The position numbers and the translations under genes are program-made. The notes under the pieces are model-generated. The model saw nothing but the letters and a program-made list of their open reading frames with translations, was not told the DNA's origin and did no database searches. DNA of 64,000 nucleotides from NCBI GenBank assembly GCA_963703315.1, contig OY969811.1:4128001-4192000 (forward strand). The letters run 5' to 3'. The DNA comes from an uncultured cyanobacterium. Its GTDB lineage: Bacteria > Cyanobacteriota > Cyanobacteriia > Pseudanabaenales > Pseudanabaenaceae. Positions 30,077 through 40,403 of this stretch are shown in pieces. Position 1 is the first letter of the stretch; the number at the start of each line of letters is the position of its first letter.

Positions 30077-32215
30077 ATGATGTCCAACAAAACCCCCAAA
30101 CCATTATATATTCTGCTTATTAGCATTCATGGATTGATTAGAGGTCATAATCTAGAATTGGGTCGAGACGCAGATACGGGAGGTCAAACAAAATATGTTG
30201 TGGAATTGGCTAAAGCTCTTGCTAAACAGCCCCATGTAGAGCGCGTTGATTTGGTTACAAGACTGATCATTGATGCTGCTGTCGATGCTGACTATGGCTT
30301 AGAGACGGAATCTTTAGCCGAAAATGCTCAGATCGTGCGGATTGAAGCAGGGTCTGAAGGCTACATTCCTAAAGAAGAATTATGGAGTCATCTGGATGGC
30401 TTTACCGATCGCCTGTTTGCTTGGTTGCTTGAGCAGCCACGTTTGCCTGATGTAATCCACAGCCACTATGCCGACGCGGGATATGTGGGCGTGCGACTTT
30501 CCCATTTAACAGGTTTACCCCTAATCCATACGGGACATTCATTAGGACGGGATAAGATGCGAAGATTGCTGGGGTCAGGAATGCCCCTAGAACAGATCGA
30601 AGAACGCTATCATATGCTCCAGAGGGTCAGTGCTGAAGAAGATACCTTAAGTAATGCGGACTTGGTGATTACTAGCACGCGCAATGAAATTGAAGATCAG
30701 TATGAACTTTACGACTATTACACGCCTGAAAAAATGGCGATCATCCCCCCAGGGACAGATTTAGAGCAGTTCCATCCCCTGACTGATGATCAGAAAGCGA
30801 TCGCTTTTCAAGAGGTTCTCGCCAAGTTTCTCAATAATCCTGAGAAGCCGATTATTTTGGCGTTATCACGCCCCGATCAGCGTAAAAATATCGTTACTCT
30901 TCTGGAAGCCTATGGTCAATCGCCTCGTTTACAAGAATTAGCTAATCTAGTGATTGTGGCAGGTAATCGAGAGGATATTCGGGAACTCAATGAGGGAGCG
31001 CAAAATGTTTTAACAGAATTATTGCTGGTGATGGATTGCTATGATCTGTATGGTTTGGTAGCTTTGCCGAAGCACCATAGTTCTGGTGAAGTTGCCGATA
31101 TTTATCGATTAGCGGCTAAGTTCAAGGGTGTGTTTGTGAATCCTGCTCTCACTGAGCCTTTTGGATTAACATTATTGGAGGCGGCGGCAAGTGGATTGCC
31201 ATTAGTTGCCACCGAAAATGGGGGGCCAGTGGATATTATTGGTAATTGTCAGAATGGATTACTAGTTGATCCTTTGAATGAGAATGCGATCGCCGAGGCT
31301 TTATTGCAGATTCTGGAAGATGCAGATCTATGGCAGCAATTTTCCGAAAATGGATTAAAAAATGTTGCCAAATTCTATTCATGGGAGGCTCACGCTCAAA
31401 CCTATTTGCAAAAAATTCAACCGCTCATATTACAACAGGAACCTTTACCAAAGCCAACATTCTCCGCAAAAGCAGGACAATATCGTAAGCGGGCGATTTT
31501 CACGGCGATCGACAATACCTTATTGGGGGATGCGGAGGCATTGGCGCAATTTATCCAACTTGTCCGCCAACAGCATCGGAGATTTCTATTTGGCATCGCC
31601 ACAGGTCGGCGTTTAGATTCAGTTCTCAAGATTTTAAAAACCTATGGGATTCCCACCCCCAATGTTTTGATTACCAGTTTAGGCACAGAGGTTTATTATC
31701 CTCCTCTATACAATGCGGATATTGCGTGGAATCACCATATCGATCACGGGTGGACACCGCAAGTATTACGGCGTATTATCGATTCCTTACCAGGGATTAC
31801 CCCACAGTCGAAGGATCAGCAGAGTCGGTTTAAGGTTTCCTATTACTACGATGCCAATATTGCCCCGTCAATGGAGGAGATTTTGACCCTAGTGCGTCAA
31901 CAGGAATTGTCTGTGAATACAACGCTCTCCTTTGGTCAATATCTGGACTTTGTGCCTGCCAGAGCCTCTAAGGGGCTTGCTCTTCGCTATGTTGCTAGAC
32001 AGTGGAACATTCCTCTAGAGCAGGTTTTGGTGAATGGTGGATCGGGTGGCGATGAAGATATGCTGCGTGGCAATACTTTGGGCGTGGTCGTTGATAATCG
32101 TCACCGTGAAGAGCTATTGAATTTGAGTGATAGCGATCGCGTATATTTTGCCGATAGCGCTCATGCTGGCGGCATTTTAGAGGCGATCGCCCACTATGAT
32201 TTCTTTAATTTATAG
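30077..32215 (+). CDS. sps: Sucrose-phosphate synthase, bidomain (GT4 plus degenerate HAD)
   Basis: LISIHGLIRGHNLELGRDADTGGQTKYV, HSHYADAG, TGHSLGR, NPALTEPFGLTLLEA. Confidence 0.95.
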   Translation: MMSNKTPKPLYILLISIHGLIRGHNLELGRDADTGGQTKYVVELAKALAKQPHVERVDLVTRLIIDAAVDADYGLETESLAENAQIVRIEAGSEGYIPKEELWSHLDGFTDRLFAWLLEQPRLPDVIHSHYADAGYVGVRLSHLTGLPLIHTGHSLGRDKMRRLLGSGMPLEQIEERYHMLQRVSAEEDTLSNADLVITSTRNEIEDQYELYDYYTPEKMAIIPPGTDLEQFHPLTDDQKAIAFQEVLAKFLNNPEKPIILALSRPDQRKNIVTLLEAYGQSPRLQELANLVIVAGNREDIRELNEGAQNVLTELLLVMDCYDLYGLVALPKHHSSGEVADIYRLAAKFKGVFVNPALTEPFGLTLLEAAASGLPLVATENGGPVDIIGNCQNGLLVDPLNENAIAEALLQILEDADLWQQFSENGLKNVAKFYSWEAHAQTYLQKIQPLILQQEPLPKPTFSAKAGQYRKRAIFTAIDNTLLGDAEALAQFIQLVRQQHRRFLFGIATGRRLDSVLKILKTYGIPTPNVLITSLGTEVYYPPLYNADIAWNHHIDHGWTPQVLRRIIDSLPGITPQSKDQQSRFKVSYYYDANIAPSMEEILTLVRQQELSVNTTLSFGQYLDFVPARASKGLALRYVARQWNIPLEQVLVNGGSGGDEDMLRGNTLGVVVDNRHREELLNLSDSDRVYFADSAHAGGILEAIAHYDFFNL

Positions 32216-32335
32216 CGTTTCTTAGCCTAGAGCAGATGTTTGCCCACCAAAGGCGGGCAAACATCTGCTCTAGGCTGAAAGTTTCCCCTCTTTGGGTGGG
32301 GAAACTTTCCCCACTAACTAATACAATTGTGACCT

Positions 32336-33181
32336 ATGCAGAAATTATTGATTTGTACTGACCTTGACCGTACTCTATTACCCAATGGAACTCAACCAGA
32401 ATCTCCTGAAGCGCGAACCATATTTACCCGTTTAGTCAGCCGCCCCGAAGTCTGCTTAGTATATGTGAGCGGTAGAAATCTTACATTAGTTCAAGAAGCA
32501 ATCCAAGAATATGATTTGCCAGCACCGCATTGGATAGTTGGTGATGTCGGTAGCACGATGTATCAATTTGATGGCGATCGCTGGAAATCTTGGCAAAGCT
32601 GGACACAGCAGATTGCGGTTGATTGGCGTGGTTTAAGCGCTGTAGATTTAGAGCCTTGGTTTAGCGATTTAGCGGAAATATCGCATTTAGTCTTGCAAGA
32701 ACCCGATCAACAAAGCCGTTTTAAACTTAGTTACTATCTGCCATTGGATATGGAAAAAGATGCTTTGCAGCAGTACATTAGCGATCGCCTTGAAGAACAA
32801 AATATTGCTGCAAGTTTGATTTATAGCGTTGATGAAGCTAAGGAAATTGGACTACTAGATATCTTGCCAGCCCATGCCACCAAACTCCATGCAGTGGAAT
32901 TTCTGATGGATCAATTGGATTTTGATCACACTAATACAGTTTTTGCAGGTGACAGTGGTAATGATCTACCATTACTGATTAGTCCTGTGCCTTCTATTTT
33001 GGTCGCCAATGCCCATTTCGATGTAATTGCTCAATCTCAACAACAAGCTAAAGAACTAGGAAACACGCATAGATTATATTTGGCTGAGGGTGGCTTTTTG
33101 GGGATGAATGGGAATTACAGCGCAGGGATTTTAGAAGGAATTGTCCATTATTATCCAGACACACAAAAATGGATAGAATGA
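32336..33181 (+). CDS. spp: Sucrose-phosphate phosphatase (HAD-IIB)
   Basis: TDLDRTLL, YVSGR, K.SYY, LLDILP, FAGDSGND; follows sps. Confidence 0.85.
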   Translation: MQKLLICTDLDRTLLPNGTQPESPEARTIFTRLVSRPEVCLVYVSGRNLTLVQEAIQEYDLPAPHWIVGDVGSTMYQFDGDRWKSWQSWTQQIAVDWRGLSAVDLEPWFSDLAEISHLVLQEPDQQSRFKLSYYLPLDMEKDALQQYISDRLEEQNIAASLIYSVDEAKEIGLLDILPAHATKLHAVEFLMDQLDFDHTNTVFAGDSGNDLPLLISPVPSILVANAHFDVIAQSQQQAKELGNTHRLYLAEGGFLGMNGNYSAGILEGIVHYYPDTQKWIE

Positions 33182-33239
33182 TGTGCCGCGCAAAGCGCGG
33201 CACATCATTCTATAAGCAAACATATTTTAGGAAAACTCC

Positions 33240-35192
33240 ATGTACGAACAAATCTCTCATTCCCTTTTAAATTCTATTCTTGATGATTTAAAGCCCGAAA
33301 TTCGCCGTCAAGACTTGCGACATTTTTATACGCGACTAGGAGCTAATTTTTATGCAATCCATTCGCTGTTTTATACGCTGTACGGACATCGTAATGATTT
33401 TAAATTACAAATGTTGCGTCTCGTGGAAACAATGGCGAAGGGATATATAGAACGCTCTGCGGAATTGGAGCGTTTGGATATTCTGCGCGAACAGGATCAT
33501 AACTGGTTTTTGTCCCAACAGTGGGTGGGGATGGCGCTCTATTCCAATGGGTTTGCGAATAATTTAAAAGATCTTGCCGATAAATCCAGCTATTTTCAAG
33601 AATTAGGCATCAATTTAGTGCATATTATGCCAATTTTGAAATGTCCTGAAGGTAAAAGTGATGGCGGCTATGCAATCAGTGATTTTCGGCAAATTGATGA
33701 GCGTGTGGGTGATCTAGAAGATATTCGCCACATTGCCGCCGACTTCCGCAAACGCGATATTTTATTAGTCCTCGATATTGTTCTCAATCATACTTCTGAT
33801 GAACATGAATGGGCTAAGAAAGCGATTAAAGGCGATCGCCGCTTTCAGGAATATTACTATATTTTTGAAGGGCGAGAAGTCCCTGATATGTTTGAGCAGA
33901 ATATGCCAGAGATATTTCCTGAAACTTCCCCAGGGAATTTTACTTGGAATCCTGAAATGCAGAAATGGGTAATGACAGTTTTCCATGATTATCAATGGGA
34001 TTTGAACTACAGCAACCCTAATGTATTTATTGAAATGCTGGACATTATTCTGTTTTGGGCAAATCAAGGTGTGGATATTTTGCGTCTTGATGCGGTGGCT
34101 TTTTTGTGGAAGAAGATCGGTACTTCCTGTCAAAACGAACGCAAAGCGCATTTGATTTTGCAGTTAATGAAGGACTGTTGCCAAGTAACCGCTCCAGGAG
34201 TGCTATTTATTGCCGAAGCGATCGTTGCTCCTGTGGAAGTGATTAAGTATTTTGGAGAAGATGCGATCGCTGCTAAAGAATGTGAAATTGCCTATAACGC
34301 AACTTTAATGGCGCTGCTCTGGGATAGCGTGGCAACTAAAAATACAAAACTCCTCAGCCAAGGGATCAAAAGCTTACCCAATAAACTGGAACGGGCAACT
34401 TGGCTAAATTATGTCCGCTGTCACGATGACATTGGTTTTGGCTTTGACGACAACGATATTCGCCTAGCGGGTTATGAACCCTATTCCCACAGACGCTTTT
34501 TAATTGACTACTTTAGCGGCAAGTATGATGGCTTAGCTAGAGGCTTAGAGTTTATGCATAATGAATCCACAGGCGATGGAAGAGTTTGTGGCTCCCTAGC
34601 TTCTTTAGTCGGTTTAGAATCGGCTCTAGAGACGCAAGACAAAAGTTTAATTGCCGCCGCTATTGATAGAATTCTCTTGCTTCATGGCATTATTCTCTCC
34701 TTCGGTGGAATCCCTCTAATTTATAACGGTGATGCCTTGGGTGTATTGAATGATTACAGTTTTTATGAAGATCCCAGCAAAGCCAATGATGCTCGCTGGG
34801 TGCATCGTCCCAAAATCGATTGGGAAAAAGCAGAATTACGCAAAAAACAAGGCACACCTCAATACGCAATTTTTACTGCTATGAAAAAGATGATTGCGAT
34901 CCGTAAAGAAATCTCGGCTTTTGCCGATTTTAATAATCGTGAACTGCTCCATCTAGATAATGAACATTTGCTTGGTTTTATAAGGTTTGATCATCAGCGT
35001 CCATCAGAAAAAGTGTTAGTACTGGCTAATTTTGATGTCAATCCCCAATATTTAGACTTATCAGCTTTAGGCAATACAGGTTTTAACATTTATACTCAAT
35101 TTATTGATTTATATAGTGGTAAAAAGCCTTCTCAACATGATGAACGCATTGTTCTTCAGGGTTATCAGTTTTACTGGCTGACAGCAACATAA
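33240..35192 (+). CDS. Amylosucrase/sucrose hydrolase (GH13)
   Basis: SDGGYAISD, NHTSDEHEWA, QWDLNY, LRLDAVAFLWK, AEAIV, YVRCHDDIG, RWVHRP. Confidence 0.88.
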   Translation: MYEQISHSLLNSILDDLKPEIRRQDLRHFYTRLGANFYAIHSLFYTLYGHRNDFKLQMLRLVETMAKGYIERSAELERLDILREQDHNWFLSQQWVGMALYSNGFANNLKDLADKSSYFQELGINLVHIMPILKCPEGKSDGGYAISDFRQIDERVGDLEDIRHIAADFRKRDILLVLDIVLNHTSDEHEWAKKAIKGDRRFQEYYYIFEGREVPDMFEQNMPEIFPETSPGNFTWNPEMQKWVMTVFHDYQWDLNYSNPNVFIEMLDIILFWANQGVDILRLDAVAFLWKKIGTSCQNERKAHLILQLMKDCCQVTAPGVLFIAEAIVAPVEVIKYFGEDAIAAKECEIAYNATLMALLWDSVATKNTKLLSQGIKSLPNKLERATWLNYVRCHDDIGFGFDDNDIRLAGYEPYSHRRFLIDYFSGKYDGLARGLEFMHNESTGDGRVCGSLASLVGLESALETQDKSLIAAAIDRILLLHGIILSFGGIPLIYNGDALGVLNDYSFYEDPSKANDARWVHRPKIDWEKAELRKKQGTPQYAIFTAMKKMIAIRKEISAFADFNNRELLHLDNEHLLGFIRFDHQRPSEKVLVLANFDVNPQYLDLSALGNTGFNIYTQFIDLYSGKKPSQHDERIVLQGYQFYWLTAT

Positions 35193-35230
35193 TACCGAAA
35201 CGAATGCGATCGCCGATCTTGTAGAGTTCG

Positions 35231-35373
35231 TTACGCAACAGCCCTGTAATAAATTACGGGCTAAAAGCTTAAACCCGTTGAAACGGGCTAATCATAGGAG
35301 TGTTTTAGTCTGCTTTAGCTGACTTTAGCTTTCAGCCAAGAACTTGAGTTCTTGGTTAGTTTGCGTAAGTCCT
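35231..35373. mobile_element. MITE-like remnant with terminal TTACGCAA..TTGCGTAA and internal hairpins
   Basis: Terminal inverted octamer; internal agccc..gggct, cccgtt-ga-aacggg, ccaagaac..gttcttgg. Confidence 0.5.
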
Positions 35374-35444
35374 ATACTTAATGCTAATAGTTTGTGCGTT
35401 ACAGCTTCTTGATGCTTCAAGGGATACAAAAAAACTTTTTGCTA

Positions 35445-36593
35445 TTACTTTGAGGATAATTTATCGGCTATTCCGATCAAAGCTGACTCCATTTTGGAAG
35501 ACATCTCTACCTTGCCCGATCGCAAATGGAGATCACGCTGCGGAAAAGGAATCTCGATTTGATTTTGGTTAAGAACTTCATAGATCAGAAAATATAAATC
35601 ACTTTTGAGCAAAAATTGTTTATCTGGTTCCGCTGTCCAAACTAATAACTCAAAATCTAAGGAGCTATCACCAAACCCTTTAAATAATAGGCTAGGAGCA
35701 GGTGATGCTAATACCTTGGGATGTTCGCTAGCAGCTTCTATCAACACTGTCCGCACGTGCTGGGGATCGGAGCCATAGGCAACGCCCAAGGGCAAATGTA
35801 ACCGCGAGATCGGGTTGCCATGACTCCAATTAATCACTTCACTATCGAGAAATCGTGAATTCGGCACAATAATGGAGACACGATCTAAGGTGCGAATCTC
35901 TGTACTCCTTGCCCCAATTCTTTCTACAGTTCCATTCAAATCTCCGACTTCGATAAAATCCCCCACTTGAATCGGACGCTCAAACACCAGAATTAAGCCG
36001 CTACCAAAGTTTTTGGCAATATTCTGTAAGCCAATACCTAAACCAATACTCAAGGCACTAGCCAAAATTGTGAGCGAACTCAAGTCTAGTCCCCAGATCT
36101 GCAATAAAACTAATGTACCAATAAAGATCAGGGTGTACTGCACAATTACCGCGATCGCTTCCTGTGCGCCACGGTTTAGCCCCGCAATACTAAGCACGCG
36201 GTCTTTAAAGATATCGATAATGGCTCTAACGAGAAGGATTAAGCCAAATAGCAATGCGCCTAAAATCGATAGATTGATGATTGAATAAGAGCTTTTGCCA
36301 AGGGTCAAAACTGGTGCGTTAAAACTAGATATTAGAACATCGCGAATTTGTTGGCTGATGGCGCGAGAATCTGGGAAAAGATCAGCAATATAGAGTATCC
36401 CCGCCACCCAAACGGAGATCCGAGCGATCGATAAAATTACTGTAAAAAATAAATCTAATCCCTTGGTAATTGACTCGCGTTCTGTACCTGCTAACTTTTG
36501 TTTGAGGGTACGCGATAAGTACCGCCGCAACATTCCTAAGCCCCAAGAAATGGCGATCGCACCCACAATAATTACAATTGACAAAATAATCAT
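35445..36593 (-). CDS. MscS-family mechanosensitive channel
   Basis: GLGIGLQNIAKNFGSGLIL.FERPIQVGD, IIVPNS, GVAYGSD, IPFPQRDLH. Confidence 0.92.
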   Translation of the reverse strand: MIILSIVIIVGAIAISWGLGMLRRYLSRTLKQKLAGTERESITKGLDLFFTVILSIARISVWVAGILYIADLFPDSRAISQQIRDVLISSFNAPVLTLGKSSYSIINLSILGALLFGLILLVRAIIDIFKDRVLSIAGLNRGAQEAIAVIVQYTLIFIGTLVLLQIWGLDLSSLTILASALSIGLGIGLQNIAKNFGSGLILVFERPIQVGDFIEVGDLNGTVERIGARSTEIRTLDRVSIIVPNSRFLDSEVINWSHGNPISRLHLPLGVAYGSDPQHVRTVLIEAASEHPKVLASPAPSLLFKGFGDSSLDFELLVWTAEPDKQFLLKSDLYFLIYEVLNQNQIEIPFPQRDLHLRSGKVEMSSKMESALIGIADKLSSK

Positions 36594-36619
36594 AAAGTTA
36601 AGTTCGGTGGTTATTGCCC

Positions 36620-38308
36620 TTAGCTATGTTGGCTATTTTCAGGATTGAGCGTAAAAGTGTTTTCTAGCAAAAAAGCCTGTTGAGGAATACCGATCGCAAT
36701 GTTTTCTTGTTCCAAAACTAACTTGAGGCGACGACGAAACTCGCGTGCCACAGCCCATTGCTGAAGCGGTTGGGTTTTAATCCAAAGGCGGATTAGCATC
36801 CCTGAATGCTGCAAATCATCAATACCTAAAACTTCAGGTGGTTCCATAATCTTCGCTCGCCAAATCTGCTCTTGATAAATCTCTTGCGCTAATTTCCGTA
36901 GGATATCTAAGGCATGATCGGGATTAGTATCATAGGCAACCCGAATGCTCAGATCCACTCGCGCCCAGTCTTTAGAAAGATTCTGCACGATCGCGATCGC
37001 ACTATTTGGGATTGTAATCAATTGACCTTCATTATTCCGAACTTGCGTGATCCGCAGATTCATATTTTCGACTAAGCCACCTAATTCGCCCACGATAATT
37101 ACATCACCTACCGCATATTGATCTTCTAAAATAATCAGAAATCCATTAATTACATCTTTAATCAACCCCTGAGCCGCAAAGGATATCGCAATTCCCACGA
37201 TTCCCGCCCCTGCTAACAGTGGAATTAAGTCAAATCCGATCGCTGAGAGGATCGCTAAAGTTCCTAATCCAGCTAACACGATCGCGGTAATATTGCGGAG
37301 AACTTGCGAAACCGTCGATACTCGCAAATCCAAGCGTTGATAGGGCTTCAGCATTGCAAAATCCCTAGCTTTTAAGAAGCCTGAAAAGCGTTCGATTAAC
37401 AAGTTGCTGATCCGAATTAACAAATAAGTCACAAAGGCGATCGCTACAACTTGCAGAGGAGTCGATAGCAAGAAAGATTGCAACCAACGACTATAGGGAA
37501 ATAGTCCCAAAACAATGAAGATCCCACATCCCAAAATCCCTACATAGCCTAGTTCCAAAGCACGTCGTTGCAGATCACTCAGATTTGCTTTTTGCTGCTG
37601 TGCCAGTTGTTGCTGTAAGTCAATTACCGCAATAGACTCAAGGTAAGGCGGGGCTTCATGTTCAATATTCGCCTTAATCGTGTCTTTCTGTAACTTTAAA
37701 CGCCCCTGCCAGTAAGTAATCAACCGAAGCACGATCAACATCACCGTAATGATCCAAGCCGCAATTAATCCCTGACGGATTAAAGCTTGTGGTTGGCGCT
37801 CTTGTTTAGCCCTAGTCAAAGCCTCACGCAGTATTAATGTGATTTGATTTGCCCAACCTTGCGGATCACGTCCTTGCAGTTGAGCATCCATCGTCGTTAC
37901 GGTCATCAAGTAGCGATCGCCAATCGCAATCACAGGCTGTCCACTTTGCTCATCAATATTTGCCGTTACCTGCAAACTAGCGGGGTCAAAGTTGCTATTG
38001 GCAATGCGATGAAGCTCTTCTTCAATGCCCTGTACCCGTTGTTCCAGTGGAAATCGTTGATTAACCGTTGGGGCGGCTAGCACAAACAATCTATAGCCAT
38101 CAAGTTTAACCTCAGCATGATCGATGCTGGACACATTGGTATTGCTTTGTCTCGTTAACCAACTTAGTTTTAAAAGTTCAGCTTGCCCCCAAGCACTTTG
38201 GTTATGAGAAAGAAGGAATGTTAAAGCGATCGCGGTCACGCATAAAACAGCAGCACGAAACCACTTCTTCCAAAAGTGGATTTTGGTTTGGATTAAACGA
38301 TTGAACAT
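36620..38308 (-). CDS. MscS-family mechanosensitive channel (long, YbiO-like)
   Basis: AGAGIVGIAISFAAQGLIKDVING..EDQYAVGD, G.VE.MNLRITQVR, IPNS. Confidence 0.92.
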   Translation of the reverse strand: MFNRLIQTKIHFWKKWFRAAVLCVTAIALTFLLSHNQSAWGQAELLKLSWLTRQSNTNVSSIDHAEVKLDGYRLFVLAAPTVNQRFPLEQRVQGIEEELHRIANSNFDPASLQVTANIDEQSGQPVIAIGDRYLMTVTTMDAQLQGRDPQGWANQITLILREALTRAKQERQPQALIRQGLIAAWIITVMLIVLRLITYWQGRLKLQKDTIKANIEHEAPPYLESIAVIDLQQQLAQQQKANLSDLQRRALELGYVGILGCGIFIVLGLFPYSRWLQSFLLSTPLQVVAIAFVTYLLIRISNLLIERFSGFLKARDFAMLKPYQRLDLRVSTVSQVLRNITAIVLAGLGTLAILSAIGFDLIPLLAGAGIVGIAISFAAQGLIKDVINGFLIILEDQYAVGDVIIVGELGGLVENMNLRITQVRNNEGQLITIPNSAIAIVQNLSKDWARVDLSIRVAYDTNPDHALDILRKLAQEIYQEQIWRAKIMEPPEVLGIDDLQHSGMLIRLWIKTQPLQQWAVAREFRRRLKLVLEQENIAIGIPQQAFLLENTFTLNPENSQHS

Positions 38309-38314
38309 ATTTTT

Positions 38315-39661
38315 CTATTTTGCAAACACTAGGAACCTAACACTGATGAAAATAGCTGCTCCCAGAATTTGTAAAGCGGCTATAGGAATACCGTATTTAG
38401 CGAATCTACTAAAAGAAATAGGTTTGCCATGAATTTCAGAAATACCTGCGCCAACGATATTCGCTGAAGCTCCTACAACAGTTGCATTCCCCCCTAGAGT
38501 GGCTCCAAACATCATGGCGTAGAAAAGTGGTAAAACCGCATCGGGAAATTGTCCGTTAAAGTTGGTAACGAGAATCCATGATGGTGCTAGATCTACATTT
38601 ACAAGGTATTCCTTCATCATCGGAACCATTGCGACCACAAGGGGAATATTTGGAATAACAGTAGAAATTAGAGCTACGGATATCAAAATTACGATTGCTC
38701 CTAGCGCAATATTTGTTCCTAATGCAAATGCAAATAAATTAGAAGCTTGGGCAATTAAACCTGTTTTTTGTAATCCTCCAATTAAAACAAAAGTTGACAT
38801 AAAAAATAGCAACGTACTCCAATCTACATCTCGTAAAACATGATTAATCGAGTCAATCTTGTTATGATGAGAAAGAAATAAAGCCAATCCAGCTCCTAAT
38901 AAAGCAACTGCGGCAGGGGAAATTGGTGTAGGTAAAGAGTCGCCAATCACAAATAAGACTAGTACAAATAAAGCAATGACACCGCCGAGAATTAAAGTGC
39001 GGGGATGATTGATTTTAGGAACTTCGATGCGATCGCTAATTTCTATATTCTTACGCCAGATTTTGCCAAACAAAAATGGCAAAGTACATACAACGATCAC
39101 AATGAAAATAACTCCCCCCAAACTTAAACGCGTTAGGTAGTCGGCAAAGCTGATATTAATCGCATTACCAACAATAAACGTTGCAGGATCACCCACAAGC
39201 GTTAAGAGTCCTGCACTATTCGAGACAACTACCATCAAAATGATCAAGGGGACAAAATCTATGCCGATAATTTTTGCCAAGGGTGGAATCATCGGAGCCA
39301 AAAGCATTATGGTTGTGGCATTGGGCAGTACAGCACATACCAGAGACGTAATCCCCACAATTGCTAGCAGTAATCGACTCCCTTTACCTTTAGCAAGCAG
39401 CACCATCTGCACAGCTAAGTAATCAAATACTTTGGTTGGCTCAAAAGCCCGTACGATAACCATTACACCAAATAGCAAACTGATAGTGGCATAACTTTTA
39501 CCGATATATCTTGTTGCTTCTTCTAAAGTCATAATTTTGGCGGCAACTAATAGTAAGGCTCCCAAAAAAGCGGCGATCGTTAAATGCACTTTCTCAGTAA
39601 CAATTAGAACAATTACTACTACAAAGGTCACGCCTGTAAAAATAGCTTGCCAATTATCCAT
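38315..39661 (-). CDS. ArsB/NhaD/SLC13-type ion transporter
   Basis: PNATTIML, NSAGLLTLVGDPAT, DWSTLLFF, PNIPLV, GGNATVVGASANIV. Confidence 0.85.
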   Translation of the reverse strand: MDNWQAIFTGVTFVVVIVLIVTEKVHLTIAAFLGALLLVAAKIMTLEEATRYIGKSYATISLLFGVMVIVRAFEPTKVFDYLAVQMVLLAKGKGSRLLLAIVGITSLVCAVLPNATTIMLLAPMIPPLAKIIGIDFVPLIILMVVVSNSAGLLTLVGDPATFIVGNAINISFADYLTRLSLGGVIFIVIVVCTLPFLFGKIWRKNIEISDRIEVPKINHPRTLILGGVIALFVLVLFVIGDSLPTPISPAAVALLGAGLALFLSHHNKIDSINHVLRDVDWSTLLFFMSTFVLIGGLQKTGLIAQASNLFAFALGTNIALGAIVILISVALISTVIPNIPLVVAMVPMMKEYLVNVDLAPSWILVTNFNGQFPDAVLPLFYAMMFGATLGGNATVVGASANIVGAGISEIHGKPISFSRFAKYGIPIAALQILGAAIFISVRFLVFAK

Positions 39662-39713
39662 AGGTAATAATTAAGTAATAATTTTGACTTTAGTAGTTTA
39701 GAATAATTCAAGA

Positions 39714-40400
39714 TTAAAATTGCTTGAGCCTATAGCCCAAGCCATGTACAGTCTCAATAAGATCGTCAGGAGCATCGATCATTCTAAATTTTTGGCGGAG
39801 ACTGCGGATATGAGACTTGACAGCTTCCTCACTGGGTGGATCATCCAGTGACCAGAGACGCTCAATAATACCCGGACGACTGAGAACCCGTCTCCCACTG
39901 GAAACTAATAGCTCTAAGAGTTGATATTCTTTCGGAGTTAGTGACAATGGCTCACCATCGTAAGTAACTTCATAGGTACTAATATTAAGAGCCAAGGCTC
40001 CCCATGACAGCATCGAACTATTGCTCTTGCCACCCCGTCGAATTAGCGCTCGCACCTGAGCCATGAGTTCACCCATATCAAAGGGTTTAACCATATAGAC
40101 ATCGGCTCCTGCATCTAGTCCAAAAATTTTGTCAGCGATCGTATCCCTAGCCGTCAGCATTAACACAGGAGTATTAGCGTTATTCTGAAGATTACTTTCG
40201 CGCAATTTATGACAAAGGCGTAACCCATCCATTTTTGGCAAAGTCACATCCAAAATCACCAGATCGTATTCCAGCGTTTCTAAACAATGCCATGCCATAT
40301 CACCATCATTAGCAACATCAACCACAAATTGTTGATTGGTCAGGGCTTCGGTTAGCATATCGGCTAACTGCATATCATCTTCGACTACTAATATTCTCAT
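39714..40400 (-). CDS. OmpR-family response regulator
   Basis: ILVVEDD, ILDVTLP, LTA, KPF, LTPKEY, ETVHGLGY. Confidence 0.93.
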   Translation of the reverse strand: MRILVVEDDMQLADMLTEALTNQQFVVDVANDGDMAWHCLETLEYDLVILDVTLPKMDGLRLCHKLRESNLQNNANTPVLMLTARDTIADKIFGLDAGADVYMVKPFDMGELMAQVRALIRRGGKSNSSMLSWGALALNISTYEVTYDGEPLSLTPKEYQLLELLVSSGRRVLSRPGIIERLWSLDDPPSEEAVKSHIRSLRQKFRMIDAPDDLIETVHGLGYRLKQF

Positions 40401-40403
40401 ATT

